Assembly: GCF_963676685.1 (NCBI RefSeq)
Contig: NC_092354.1
Location: forward strand, 37,386,001-37,450,000
Origin: Mytilus edulis
Taxonomy: Eukaryota
Direction: 5' to 3'
DNA: 64,000 nucleotides
Position numbers and translations under genes: made by a program. The stretch's first letter is position 1. Every line of letters starts with the position of its first letter. Of this stretch, positions 23,026 through 36,361 are shown one piece after another. The notes below the pieces were generated by a model. It saw only the letters and a list, made by a program, of their open reading frames with translations. It did no database searches and had not been told where the DNA came from.

Positions 23026-23625
23026 ATGGCTTTCAAGAAGGTCATTCCAGATGCTTGGAAGGGGGAGGAGCACCTGGCATGGACAGGACCATTCAGTGGG
23101 TTCAAGGAAAGAACCTGGAGACTTAGTGACAGGGATGTCGCGTGTCCTGTCCTAGACTGTTCGGTGATAACAAGGCACTTGAGAGAGCATGCCCTAGCTG
23201 ACCACTTGTCAGGGATGTTTAGAAGTAAGTTCTCCCAACAGATCTTGCAGGACAGAGAGTTCCAACATTTCAGAGGCCAGATGGTCATTCTCATTGCCAG
23301 ATGGTTGACGGGGAGAGAGGATGTTACTGCTACTGATTTTGTATTATGGCTCCAGCGACATGCCTGTATCCCAGAAGGAGTTGATATGCCCCCGCTCAGG
23401 GCTGTCTGTTCAGCCATGAAATTGCCACAGCGTAGGGTGTATACAATCCACCCATTCAACAGTTCAGTGGTTGTTCTGTATTGGAAGGTTATGTTATCCC
23501 TTCTTAGACACCTCAGCCAGGCAAACCGAATTGCCATTGCCATGGTTGAATACACAGTTGTGGCAGAGCCCGTCGTGGCTCAGTCCACAACCAGGGTGTC
23601 ATTGCCGGAGACAAGCTCTAGCTAA
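23026..23625 (+). CDS. Intronless ORF with a CPVLDC...H...H Zn-finger-like motif, probably TE-derived
   Basis: 199-aa ORF in a visibly less AT-rich island, with motifs CPVLDC..TRHLREHALADHL and HPFNS..VLYWKVMLSLLRHL. It resembles, from memory, the region preceding TatD nuclease domains in molluscan repeat-borne proteins. Confidence 0.5.
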   Translation: MAFKKVIPDAWKGEEHLAWTGPFSGFKERTWRLSDRDVACPVLDCSVITRHLREHALADHLSGMFRSKFSQQILQDREFQHFRGQMVILIARWLTGREDVTATDFVLWLQRHACIPEGVDMPPLRAVCSAMKLPQRRVYTIHPFNSSVVVLYWKVMLSLLRHLSQANRIAIAMVEYTVVAEPVVAQSTTRVSLPETSSS

Positions 23626-24294
23626 TGGGTGTAATTTTGCAATAAAGATATATATTAACATCGTATTCAACTTTTTCTCATTTGGAATACGACTAATTCA
23701 ATATTGCCTGCAATATCACAAACCAAAAAAACAACACTAGAATGACAAAGAAAAAAATGACTGACAGGAGTAACTGTATTGATTTTTCTGTTTAAATAAT
23801 ATATATAAATTCACCATAGTTTTTATTCCATATAGCCTTCCAGAATTTTAAATTTATAAAAAGTTTATAGTTCAGTAAACAAGTCATCCATTACAATTTC
23901 CAATTAAACGCCCTCCTACTGCTTCTATTGCGTTTATATTGTCCTATACATTAATGTATATGGTTTAGGGTGGGGATCTCTTCGGTTTCTAAGTTCTCAA
24001 ACAGGCTTCCTTCAAAGTCAGCCACAGTAAGTATTTAATGAAAAGTTCATATTAAAACCAAAATATAGACAGTTATGAACAGACATTTTGATGCTGTAGA
24101 TAAGAATCAAGGATGTGGCATAGTAGTGACATCTATCCACTGAAGTCAAATGTTTGTGATTAAGTGAAATCTAACAATTTTATAAGGCCTAAATACATTT
24201 TAAAAATTACAGACCAGTTTTACAAGTACTTTTGATTCTACAATCAGGTGTATATGAACTGACCATAATTTTTCTTACTCTATTTGTACTTTCC

Positions 24295-24665
24295 GGAGTT
24301 TTGGAAAGATAAATTGGTATTTAAATTTGGCAATGCAAGAAAAAGAATAGATTAAAAACACACTGAGGTGATATCAAGAAGCATTTAAAATCCCCAACCA
24401 CAAACTGAGGATTCAAGTGTGTTTGATTGGGGGTTGGCAAGATTTCTGCAACCATTACCAGTGTCTGAAGATTCTATATCCTAGCAAGCCAATATACAAC
24501 TGGTAGAAAAGGGAACATAAAAAGTCAATTTCAGACATTGATATAAGCAACATCAACACTAAAATGAACCTGACATTCTCCTACAGAAGGAAACAAATAG
24601 TTGAGGATAAAGTTGGAGTCAAGGAACTGCTAGACATGTTCCCCTGGCTATAATCTCGTCAAGAG
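24295..24665 (+). pseudogene. SAMD3-like / CACTA accessory protein relic
   Basis: Translation FWKDKLVFKFGNARKR...DWGLARFL..P.SED..S...MNLTFSYRRKQI...ELLDMFPWL across frameshifts. Confidence 0.55.
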
Positions 24666-25394
24666 GTATTACTGTAAATTCAGAAATTACTGCGTGTTTT
24701 TTTTTATTTTAGCAGTTTTTGCCATTTTCATGATTTAAAACCAAAATTTGATTTTAATACGACCAATCTGACATCTCTGACCTGCAAGACAATCGTAAGG
24801 ATAACTTGACGTGGTCAACCTCCGTAGATATGATTTAATCCCGTTTTTTTTTTGTTTTTTATTGAAAAGGGGGCTGGCATTTGTACCATACACATTTTCC
24901 TAAGACCTGAACCAGATCTTGCATCTGAAAGGGTGAGAGATCTATCCCTAAACCAGATAATTGGTAATAGAGATATACCCTTAGGATGCTAAAGGAGAAA
25001 CAAGTTTAATAACTTATCCCACAGATGATTCTTCTAGAGCTATTGTTTTTGAGATGAATCATTTTCGAGGATTTTCTATCAGTCAGTTTCTTAAATTTTC
25101 TCCGCCTCTTCAACGTCAATTATTTTCAAAACACTACATTATGATAAAATAATGTATATCTGACATGCATGTAATTGAAAGACAGTATATAAAGATGTCG
25201 TATTTTTAATCACCAGATGTTTTATTCCTTTATCAAATTATCTAGGTAGTCGTTTTAATCATCAGCATATGATATTAATTAACCGTTTCACAGAAGCCGT
25301 TAGGAGTATAATGAAAATGAATATATCTTTCACGAATATATAAAGAGATGAATAATATGTCTCTTCACATGTGTTAACTATTATTCGTATGTGT

Positions 25395-25857
25395 CTTTGT
25401 CAATTGTGTTCTCCTATTTAATAATATTGTATTGTCATTTTAATGTTATATTTCACATGGCCTCAAAATAGGGAGGTTTCGCATGCCACTAAACCAGGTG
25501 CAACCCACATTTTTTTTCCTTTAAAAATGTCCTGTACCAAGTCATCATTTCAGTGTGTGTTACATTTTAACGTTGTGTCGTTTGTTTTCTCTTATTTTCG
25601 AGTGTGGGTTCACATTACCGTAAGACGTGTCACGGTACTTGTCTATTCCAAATTCATGTGTTTGGTATTGATGTTATGTTTGTTGGATTTTGTCTGGTGC
25701 TTGGTCCGTTTCTGTGTGAGTTGCATTTTCATGTGGTGTCGTTGTTCTTTTCTTGTATTTAATGCGTTTCCTTCGGTTTTGGTTTGTTACCCCGATTTTT
25801 TGTTCGTCCATGGGTTTATGAGTTTGTACAGCGGTATACAACTGTTGCCTTTATTTA
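25395..25857 (+). mobile_element. HINE-like element, family 1
   Basis: Aligns to 7790-8285 and ends acagcggtatacaactgttgcctttattt. Confidence 0.7.
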
Positions 25858-26120
25858 TGATTTAATTAACTGGTGTGTTATCAGCATAATTAAAGTTAGA
25901 CGTTTTTTCACAAAAAATATTGACAATAATTTGTAGGTTTTCTTGAAGTTTATTCTTTTTGCTCTATATGAAAAGAAATTTAGTTTATACTTTGATGACA
26001 GTTTTCACCAGTTCGGATGCTTATAATTTATATACTTTTATCATATTCATGAAGTTATAATAATAGTTAAATTTGTTAAACAAAGTTAAAATTGACTGTT
26101 TTAAACTTCTGATTTTGTAG

Positions 26121-26227
26121 ATGTCATCACGACTCGTGAAGTAACAGAACTAGAGGTTTCTGACAAAGCAGCACTCTATTTAAAATGGGCTCCAGACAGA
26201 CAGGGCGGTGTGGGGAGAAAGAAGTAG
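26121..26227 (+). pseudogene. Terminal exon of a DUF4806/BEN-like transposon accessory gene
   Basis: ttttgtag acceptor followed by DVITTREVTELEVSDKAALYLKWAPDRQGGVGRKK*, fitting the LK.APDR.GG.GR C-terminal motif. Confidence 0.5.
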
Positions 26228-26654
26228 ATTTGTTAGATACTATATTCAATAAAACGTAGATGCAATTGGAAGTAAAGTACCTCGTTCAGAGTGCAGACAG
26301 TTAAAACAGAATGTATAGAGGTGTATATTTTGGAAAAGAAAACTGTCAATGTTTACCTTCAATTCAATTATTGTGAGTTATCCAAGATGTTATTATCTAT
26401 TTTTATTACTTGTGTCGATACATAAATTTATTAAAAAAAAAAAATGTTTTGAATTATTCTCTATAATCATTGATTGAACATTAGAATACATGAGTTAGGT
26501 GGACGTCAAGTGCATTTGAGCGTTACATAAGTATTCCTTGGTGAAAATAATTTCAAATTTTCAATTTCTTTATATGTACATATAGAATATTAGGAATCAA
26601 CATTTTAAAAAAACTCCTTAAATAGTTTTTAGTTAGTATGTCATGAGCTGCAGT

Positions 26655-27160
26655 CATCTGTTTGGATAATGGGTTCTTCTATTCCATATTGGGCTGGCAT
26701 AACAGCTGCTAGCCGATCTGGTGGGAACAACCTTAATTTGGATAGGCTAGGAGTACAAGTTAAATGGATAACTAAATCATGAATGAAATGGAAAGATCTG
26801 GATTCATCTTTTAGTGGCCAGCCCCTAATTATTTATTTATACACCTAGGTGCAAATGATTTGAAATTTATGAAATCAAAAGAGCTAAAAGAGAACATCAA
26901 ATGTTCATTTTTGAGAAAGCTTTTTGCACCTGACATCAGAATTATATGGTCAGACTTTTTACCAAGGCCCCATTGGTATGGAACATTAAGGCCAAAGTGA
27001 GTAGAAATACCCAGAAAAAGAGTCAAGTGTGTCGTAAGATCGTTTATAAAGACTGAAGGCCAATATATTTCGAGGTATCCAGCTATCAAAGCACAATTTA
27101 TTTAGACATGACGGCTGCCACCTTTCACAAGTAGGTATTGACATTTTCCTAAAGATAATG
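26655..27160 (+). pseudogene. SGNH/GDSL hydrolase ORF relic of the type carried by Ngaro/DIRS-group retroelements
   Basis: Block [13 protein letters not shown], block III FIHLGANDL, IIWSDFLPRPHW, block V DGCHLSQVGIDIFL. Contains stops and frameshifts. Confidence 0.75.
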
Positions 27161-27297
27161 ACATTAAAATCAAGAAGAAATTCCATGCAACATCGATGGG
27201 ATTGTACCTTTAGAGTATCATACAGAAAAGTAGAAGGCATGGGATTTAAATCAACAAAAGATGGCAGAAATTGGAAACGCTATAACAACTCATTCAT

Positions 27298-27652
27298 CAT
27301 ATATGGCCGTTGTTATATCATAGTTCATTTCTGTGAGTGTAACACTTTAACGTAGTGTTTCCGTTGTCTCATTTCTTTTCTCTTATATTGGAATGTATAT
27401 TCACAATACTATTAGACGTGTGATGGTACTTTTCTTTCCCAAATTCATGTATTTGGTTTTCATGTTATTTTTGTTATTCTCATCGGATTTTGTCTAATGC
27501 TTAGTCCGTTTCTGTGTGTGTTACATTTTAATGTTGTGTCGTTGTTCTAAATTTTATTCGTTTCCCTCAGTTTTAGTCTGTTACCCCAATTTTGATTTTT
27601 GTCCATAGATTTACAAGTTTTGAACAGCGGTATACTACTGCTGCTTTTTATT
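27298..27652 (+). mobile_element. HINE-like element, family 1 (3' part)
   Basis: Aligns to 7945-8285 and ends gaacagcggtatactactgctgc. Confidence 0.7.
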
Positions 27653-28017
27653 CATGTACAATCTTATAACCTGAAAATTTAGAAGTTCGCTCACATTAAT
27701 TCTTTGAAAAATGTGGCACTACAAATAACAAACTCTCTAAAAAAAATGATACAACTACGCACAATAGCCCGCTATTAAAACTTGAAAAGTAATATCACGT
27801 ATCAACGACCGTATACGACGGCAACATTTATATGTAAGAAAAACCTCAAGCAGACAATAAGCAACAATTTTAGTTCAAAATTTGGAAAAATTAAACATTG
27901 ACCAAACTTATGATTGTTTGCAATATGCCAGATAAGTTCGATCTTCGAAAGACTTGATAAAACAAACCACTGGAAAAATCTTTAATATTACCTTTATTAC
28001 ACGAAAATATATTTGAA

Positions 28018-28495
28018 TTGAAGAGAGTTAACGAAAAGAGTTATCAATATCTCATCCAAAAAAAAGATGAAGTTGATGAGATTAAGCGCTTCGGAGATCT
28101 ATTGGAATTTTGCTGTCCAGGTTTATTTTGGGATGCAGAATATAAAATAACTGTACCAAGACAGAAAGAATTGAGGATACCAGCTCGCCTTCCAGATGAG
28201 GATGATGTTAAGATGTTAAAAGAATGGCTGGAAAATAAAATTAAAGAAATTAAAACCAAATTCCAATTTATAACTTCTAATGAATATGCTGAGATTAGAG
28301 ATGTACTTGTATTCAGATTAACAATATTTAATACCCAAAGAGGAGGGGAACCTGCTAGGCTTTTACTATCAGAATGGGATGATGCAGAAAAAGGGGTTTA
28401 GTTTTATCAAGATTCAGCGGAAAAGGTGGCGGACCCTATTGACCAAAAATTATTATGTGAATTAAAGATTGCATACCAAACAGGAAAAAAAGGTT
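28018..28495 (+). pseudogene. Tyrosine recombinase (Crypton-like) fragment
   Basis: RQKELRIPARLPDEDDVKML...RLTIFNTQRGGEPARLLLSEW (first catalytic Arg box), then KIAYQTGK. The H-x-x-R and Tyr boxes are absent. Confidence 0.7.
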
Positions 28496-29744
28496 GTGTC
28501 TCTGTTAATACCTCAGGATTAAGTCCTTTGCTAGGAGACATGTCATTTGAGATGATGTTACTGCATTTGCCTGCATTCTATATATGCCCGGAAAGGACAT
28601 GGGTCGTCAGCCAGAAGGAAATAACAAATTAAAAATAAGTCAACCATTATAGGTTCTCTCGGTTGGGATGAGTTTTTGGAGTTGACCATTATGAAAGAAG
28701 GCTTGGGGCAGCTTTTCAAACAATTTGAGGTAAGTTTTTTTATAAATTAAAATGTGTTTATTTTTTTAGATTAATTGTTGTCAGTTAATGTTACCCTTTA
28801 TTTGTGTTTGCATTTACACAACCATTCACATTTTGAGTAGTTGCAAACAATTTTTATTAAGGAACAACAGCTGCAACAGCTTCAAACTCAGCCACCTCAA
28901 GTTCACCAACCCTTCAAGAGCTTATGCCACCGCCACCTCCTTATCCGGAACAACCCATTAGAGTCCTTGGATCGTCTAACAACAAGAGACCAAGCACGTT
29001 ACCACGTTGTGGACAACCTAGCAAAAAAAACAAAAGGGGAAGAAAACTTCGATCCCATGGAATTTTTCAACCAATTAATGTGACATTTATAGACTACTTG
29101 ATAGTTCGTTTCACAGTAGTTCATTATAGTAGAAATAAACCAAATTCAATATATATAATTTATTTTTTTCATACATATCAACAGTACACATTACAACACT
29201 TTTGTACAAATGGAATTTTATAATGTCTATACGCAGAACTTTGTACTATTTTTTTTCAAAAAACGTTTGTCATCGAAACTGCAGTCCAGTGGCTAGACCG
29301 CAAGTATTTATGTATCCGGTATCTTATTTATTTTAAACATGTGCTATATGAATATGTCAGGATTTTCCCGTAGTTGTAATCTTGCACGTGTTGTACTGTA
29401 TAATGCATCCAAGTTATAATAGAATATCAATAAAATGTAGTATCTTTACAAAGTCTGGATTAATTATGTTCCTAATGGAACCACAGTTGTCCCAAAGTTA
29501 TGACCAAAGGTGCCACGCAATATTTCGTGGAGGGACCCGACTTCGATCAACCAAACGCAGTGTACTGAATGAATTTTAAGTATAATTTAAGAATTGCCAG
29601 AAGGATTATGGCCGAAAAAGCAGACGTTTCAACCAACAAACAAAGAGCTAATTATCATAACATATTTTTGATGTAATCTGTAGATTAACAATTGCATCAC
29701 TATTTAATATTTTTGTTATTTATGTACAACGTTTCATTTCTCTC

Positions 29745-30095
29745 GGAGAGAGCCCATGAAAGCATCTGAAAAAAGATCCCTAATTTGTTTCTGATCTCAA
29801 ATTTGGTAAAGGAAAGAAAGTCCACAGATATCAATACTTAGACAAAGATTAGTTTTCTCCTTAACGATTTTGTTCAACATGTTTAGAAGAGTCTGATTAT
29901 AGCTTTCACATTTGCCGGTTGATTATAAGCTTTTTTTAATAAGTTTGTATCCATACATGTCATATATAACACCAAATAACTTGGAATGAAATTCACCATC
30001 AGTATCGCTAATCATTTCCAGTGGTACTCCATGGCGACAAAAAAAAGTATACAAGTTTTCAGCTATTTCAATGGCATTTTTTTTCTCTGTGAGGG
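29745..30095 (-). pseudogene. Retroviral-type integrase core relic (Gypsy/Ginger)
   Basis: Translation KNAIEIAENLYTFFCRHGVPLEMISDTDGEF...STGKCESYNQTLLNMLNK fits the G.P...SD.G.EF and G..ER.N.TL patterns. Confidence 0.75.
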
Positions 30096-31756
30096 AGGAA
30101 CGGGTATTGGTGTCATTTCTTGTTTTGTTGTTTTCTGTTTTGTATTTCTTGATTGACAAAGAATAGAAAAAGAAGGTTAATTAAATACATTATTGTCCTA
30201 CCAACAATACCGAGTTATATGTACTACAGACTTTAAAAGTCAACCTTTATTCACTGTAAGGTTATTTGCCAGCAGATACATCGTTAATGGGTCTTGACAT
30301 AGATCCAACAATAGATGCTTATAGATTGATTATTAGGGAGAAAAACTACCTTTGGGAACATAAAGATGAACATTTTTCTATAGATACACATATTTTGGAT
30401 TTTGACTTAGTTAATTTAATAGAAAGAACATCAGAAAAAAGAGTGTTCCTTTAAAAGACACAGTACTTAAATGACGACATATATATTCCTAATATGAGCT
30501 ACCAAATTCCAGTTTCCCTCAAGAGAGAGACAAATTTGAAGACATCAATCAAACAAAATCCCAATTATAGTATGACGTCCTTATTACGCATTGTAAACAA
30601 AGCCTTGTTCTAATGAGCACAAAATATGTTTGTCACGTGCGCACAAATTTACTGTTTGTATTAAGTTATTTCCACCGTTATCCCATAAAATATATACATT
30701 CAAGTAGCTTACATAAACTTTTATAATATATGTTATACCGAACAACATATATTTATCCTGCTCGTATTTTTTAAACTTATATGAAGTGTAATGTACAGAC
30801 TCCTCGAGGAGGAAACGGGAACAGCTTAACATTTTGACGGTATTTTCATACGCTTCGACCTATACAAATACTGTATTTGTCCTATTAGAATCGAAATAAT
30901 TCCTTCGTGTCATGCTCCATGCTCATTTTAACGCTCTGTAAAATATCGACAAATATAATGCCTACCCATGTTAAAATGAGCATAGTGCATGAATTGCAAA
31001 AGAGATAAGTTATTGTGTGGAAATGTAACCAGAAGGAGAAACACATAATTACTTTGCGATGCACCACTTATTACTCCCGTTATGTATGTGTGTAGATTGA
31101 TATTTATTGGTTCTTGTGTGCATGCATATGCTTGTGAAAGATAATACTTAGTAAACATGATAAATGGAGAATGGGATACATCTAATGCCCCTGATTGCAT
31201 AGATTGTTATAAAGGGGCATAACTCTAGAACAGTCAAAGTCGTTATGCAACCCATATTCAACCTGATCTGTATTCAGTACTTAATATGGTAAAAAGAATT
31301 GTTGTTGAGATTTCTATAATAAAGAGGTATAACCCTTGAAATTTCCCGTAGGAACTCCCTTTACGTCAAAAACTATGCAGTACTATTTTATTCTAAGGTC
31401 AACACAGAACTGTTCTGCATATTTTCAGTATCAAAATGGTTCAAACTTCTCGAGTTTAAACTTTACTTTAATTCTGTACTACCCCTCCCTTCACTTTTGA
31501 TGACCCTCAGAATTAAAATGCCCTATGACTTTGTGTATACATACTGGTTACATTCCCAAGTTATTTCTCAATGAGATAAAACCTAAAGATCATATCTGGG
31601 AACCAGTATTGTAAACAAAACAAAATATCTATGAATATTATATGTCTCCCCAATAGAGGCATGGTTTGTGGATCAGGTATATTATTTTTGTCGGATTGAA
31701 AAGTTTACATTGTGCTTGTTGTGTATATTCAGATAAAATGATTACTGAAGATCACT

Positions 31757-32048
31757 TTTTATACTCCCGCTTTAAAAAAGGGGAGGGGGTATACTGTTTT
31801 ACCTCTGTCTGTCCGTCAGTCCGTCCCATGCATATTTTTCGTCGCATTTTTCTCAGAAACTACAATACAAGGATTTCTGAAATTTGGTTTCAGGGTTTAT
31901 CTTAGTCAGCTATACCGTGTGATGCGTTTTCAGATTCATCACTCGACAACTTCCTGTTTACCGAACACTTGCATATTTTTACACTATTTATATTATCCAC
32001 TTGCGGCGGGGGTATCATCAGTGAGCAGTAGCTCGCAGTTTTACTTGT
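31757..32048 (+). mobile_element. Complete short HINE/DINE-1-like element
   Basis: Inserted in a T-run. 5' atactcccgc with inner ggggtata inverted repeat, GTCC/GTCT microsatellite, 3' gcgggggtat sub-TIR and gtgagcagtagctcgc hairpin. Confidence 0.85.
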
Positions 32049-34899
32049 TTTTCATGGGTATCAATTTTCATGGTTTAATAAAACTTGCATATTCATGAAT
32101 ATTTGGTTGGTTATTTTTAAAAGTCTGCACTTAATCTTATAGAAAGTTTTTAATTTGTTGAACTTTAAAATACATGGTGTTCCTGTACCCATGAAATTTG
32201 GTATCAAACGAAAATTAACATGACCAATGTAATAAAATATGCAAGCATGGCCTCTCCCTTTTTTTATATTTATGGTGTGTCTTGTGTGAACTAATGAGCA
32301 TACTATAAAAAATGCAAAATAAATGCATGGCTGATATTATCCACTTTTCTTTTTTTAATAGCTGAGGCATGGATGAGATTGTCCTGCCAGCTCTAATGGT
32401 CATCTTCCCAATACTGGAAGTAGTATTGTCTGTAATCTTAACACTTGTTATCCGGCATACAATTGTCATGTTGAAAAACGTTGACACTCAGAATACGTCG
32501 AAGTAGCTGCAGCTCGGGGAACGAGGAAGACAGGTTTGGAGTAAAACTTATGAAGGACATAGTAGAGGCTATGGCCTTTAAAAAACTTACACCTGGGACT
32601 TTCAGCAAATACCAAACTGAGGACATGTTAATAAAAACAGATAATGAAGAAGACTAGACTGATCAGAGCCCAGCAGAATTGATGGAAATTTACAAACATG
32701 ATAAAGAACTTGTGGGGTGTCTATTCATTATTAGAAACAAAGCTACAAACAGGTATAAATATGGGGGTTTTGAAGAATGGCTTTAACATGTTTCAGAGTT
32801 CCGAAAATATCCTTTTCCGGAAAATGTTATTTTCCAAAAACAGACGAAGTAGACAACGAAGTTGAACAGCTGACACCAAATAAGTATTAATTTGGGTTTA
32901 TTGCCACACAAAATCTACCAACAACATCTAGCAGTAGAAATATGACTCTCTGTGACTTGCAGAAGAAAAGAATCAATGCCATGCAAATAAATAATTCGGA
33001 AACAGTAAACATTAAAAGGTGAGTCCTTTCAAAAGTATTGGATGTTTAAATTTGTACAAAGTACATAATAATAGCAGCTATATTCTTTTTTTGAATGGAA
33101 GCTTAAATTTTATTAAGATGCTATATTTTTTAACCAGTGCGCAAATGTTTAATATTATCTTATTTGTATGAAGTGTGATATACTTATGTTATTTTATAAT
33201 ATTTACAGAAAGAGGGTAACTGTTTAGCCAGAAGGCCAGAGGAAGAGGAGCAGACGAGGGAGACAAAAAGAGTACGTTTATGGGACCTCTTTAACATAAA
33301 TAAAATTAAAAATATTAATTATAAAAAATAAGATGTGGTATGATTGGTAAATGTTGAGATGCAGGAGAGTTGACGATAGTCGATGAGAGTGACAATGTAA
33401 ATTAAATGGTGTATATGTTTGAACTTGTTTATAATAAATATGTATATCTGAACATGAGTTATAAAGCCAGTGCCTTATAACAGCTCCGTGACACTATTAA
33501 TGATATCAAATGTATTAATGATACTTGGTAAAAAGCACACATTCATCTCATCTTTTTCAATACATGTATACATCCACATCATATACATGCATGCATGTGT
33601 ATTTTTTCATGCAAAAAAACAATACTTCTCTTATTGTTCACAATGATCTTTGAATGCAAAAATATAAATTGTTTACTTGTAATGATAGAACCAGGTTTCC
33701 AATTCCGTCAGTTTTAAGGTATTTGTTCTCTCACTTTGATGATGTTCGTGAATGTGCTGAATTGTGCAATGGTGGCATTAAGCATTGAACTAGCAAATAA
33801 CCTGGTATATGTCATAAAAAAAAGATTAAATAGCAACAACCTTTTTGTTTCTCTTGCAGGCGGTGGTACAAGTAGCTATGATGGTAAAAAGACATCAACA
33901 GAATGCATGCAGAATTATTCCTTCTAAAAGATAAATGTGAGAGTCATGGTTGTTATCAGTCTATGCATACACCCAATCTCCATCCATATATATCCACCAG
34001 CAAAGGCAATTTAGACAAAATTGATCAAACCTATTCATTTTTAAAAAAACAGCCAAAGAACGTAAAGGAGAAAAAGGTGGCATCAACCAAATATGAGGGC
34101 TAAGCAATTCTGGTAATTGGTCTACGAATTATTAATACCACAATGGTTAAAACCAATATTAGTAGAAACTTTACTTTGGGTAACTCAATGGAGAGACATC
34201 AACATGTCCGACTGCCATTTCTAATAAGTATGACAGTCCATGGTATCATGATTTAAAGTTTTTTCTCACCATATTGAGATTTGACGCATTAATGAAGTAA
34301 CTGAACACTTTGACTGTGTAGGTCGACATGCTATAGTCGGATCATGCATCAGATCTACAAAGAGAAAACGCATGCCTGCACCTAAGGTAAAATAATACAT
34401 TAGTCTGCAACCTAAGTGGTTTCAATTTTAAGAATTAAATGTTCCTTTTTGTATTTGTCGTAAAATCGTTGACCGAATAACATATTATGTATAATAGTGT
34501 TCACAAGATAATAACCTTAATTAAAATTATATAAATGTCTAAGATGATTTGAACACGTTAATTAATACATTAAAAGTTTTATTAGATTTTAAATAGAAAT
34601 ACGCACTATTCCAATATACAAACTAGCTTTATTAGGGGTGTGCATCTCTCAAGGTGAAATCGGATGCATGATAACAAAATATTTTTGTAGCTTAATCTAT
34701 ACAAGATATGAGGAAAAGTGTAACATATTGATTGATCTTACATAAAATATGTTTGTAGCTACAACTACATCAAGAAGAAAAAAATCAACACATTTCTAAA
34801 TGTTCAATTAATTGTATGAATTTCAATAAATTAATTTGTATGATTTCAAGATAGTTATGGTTTTGATTTGCTCTAAAATCTTTATTCGTCTGTCTCATT

Positions 34900-35125
34900 G
34901 AATCAATCACATTCAAGAGTTCGTACTAGTGCATCCAATATCTCCCGCTTTTTTTGTCTTCCTTGTGTAACCCAATTTTGCTTTTTTTTAATAATTTGAG
35001 TTGTGACGTTTTCAAAATCATGTCCTGCTTTAACAAGGTGTCTTGTTATTGGGCAGTTTCTATCTTTTGAATGAAACAGTGTTTCTGTGTCACCAACATA
35101 TAGCAAAACGGTAGAACTCTCAGCC
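34900..35125 (-). pseudogene. Second Penelope-type GIY-YIG endonuclease relic
   Basis: Translation LLYVGDT...CPITRHLVKAGHDFENVTTQII...RQKKRE. Confidence 0.6.
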
Positions 35126-36361
35126 CGCATTATCATAAAATAATTTTGATGTGACAAGTAGAGAAGCAATCCCACCATTCTGTATCTGTATCTAATGAAT
35201 TTCTGCCAATATAGGCACACCTCCGTTATATGGTGTAAGAAAAAATCAACACATTTCTTCATTAATTAATAATTTTGTTATTTTATGTATACCGTATACA
35301 TTCTTTTTAGGGAGCGACCAGTTCACTTCACACTATTCCATTATCATCAAGTTCTGTCACAGATTTATAGCAATTCTACAGTTTTATGGTCTTAAATCTA
35401 GTGGTATGGATGTAGGAAAAAAAGTCACAATAGATATTTTGTATGAAATAGTTATATTGCCTGCACATGTATTAATAGGAAAAACATTCCCAATATATTT
35501 GTTCTTATAAAAATGGACATATTTAAATTTAGTTTTTACTCTTTTAGAAAAGATATAAATTGCAACGCATTTAAATTTTAGGGTGTTCATATTTGTGCCC
35601 TTCTGATAACACTTTGTTGTAATAATTAAGCTCTTTCCTCTCCGCGAGGAAATACCTTATTTTTTTTCATCTAGCATTTGTTTGACATGGCCTACCCCCG
35701 TTTCTATTGGAGTTATCTCGACCAAATATGTACCATCGGTAGACCTTTTCATGAAGTATTTTCCGATGAGGCTGTATAGGATTTTATCATCCCCTTAAAA
35801 AGTTATCTCCCTTTTATTGTTTTTTTTTACATGCCCCCCCCCCCCCCTTTTCGTTGTTGAGATTCGGAAGGTGATATTTAAATCTGTCAAACTGTATGGC
35901 AGTCCAACTGAATCGTGTATCTGTTCATTGTCTTTTTACGAGCAGAACGGAGATCTAATCAAGAATTGCAAAACAAGGGTTTTGTTCCAAACAAATGTTT
36001 CCCAATTGTACTTCCAATGTAAATATCTTTAAGACCAGAAACAAAGTACACTTAGGTTGCAATAAAAACAGGACCAGCAAGTTACAGTTTAAAGTTTTAG
36101 AATTTTCAATAGATGTGGTATGATGTCATTTATACCTAGCTCAGAAAAGAAAAATACTACAAAAATTCCAGGTTCGAGGTGAAAAAACAGCTTTAAAACA
36201 GTTTTATAGCTAGCTAATCCTTTCACTTGTATGACAGTCGCATCAAATTCCATTACATTGTCAACGATATATGAACAAAACAAACATACTCAAAGAGTAA
36301 AAATGTCAAAAATAGGGGTACAGAAGTCAATATTGTGATATCATCTTAATATCACTATCAA

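Noticed and set aside
22995-23555. 186-aa antisense ORF
   Set aside because: Shadow of the plus-strand ORF 23026-23625, with no recognisable motifs.
32400-34400. Coding-like fragments (e.g. GVKLMKDIVEAMAFKK, LIPQWLKPILVETLLW)
   Set aside because: Probably decayed TE exons, but I cannot assign a family or reconstruct a frame.
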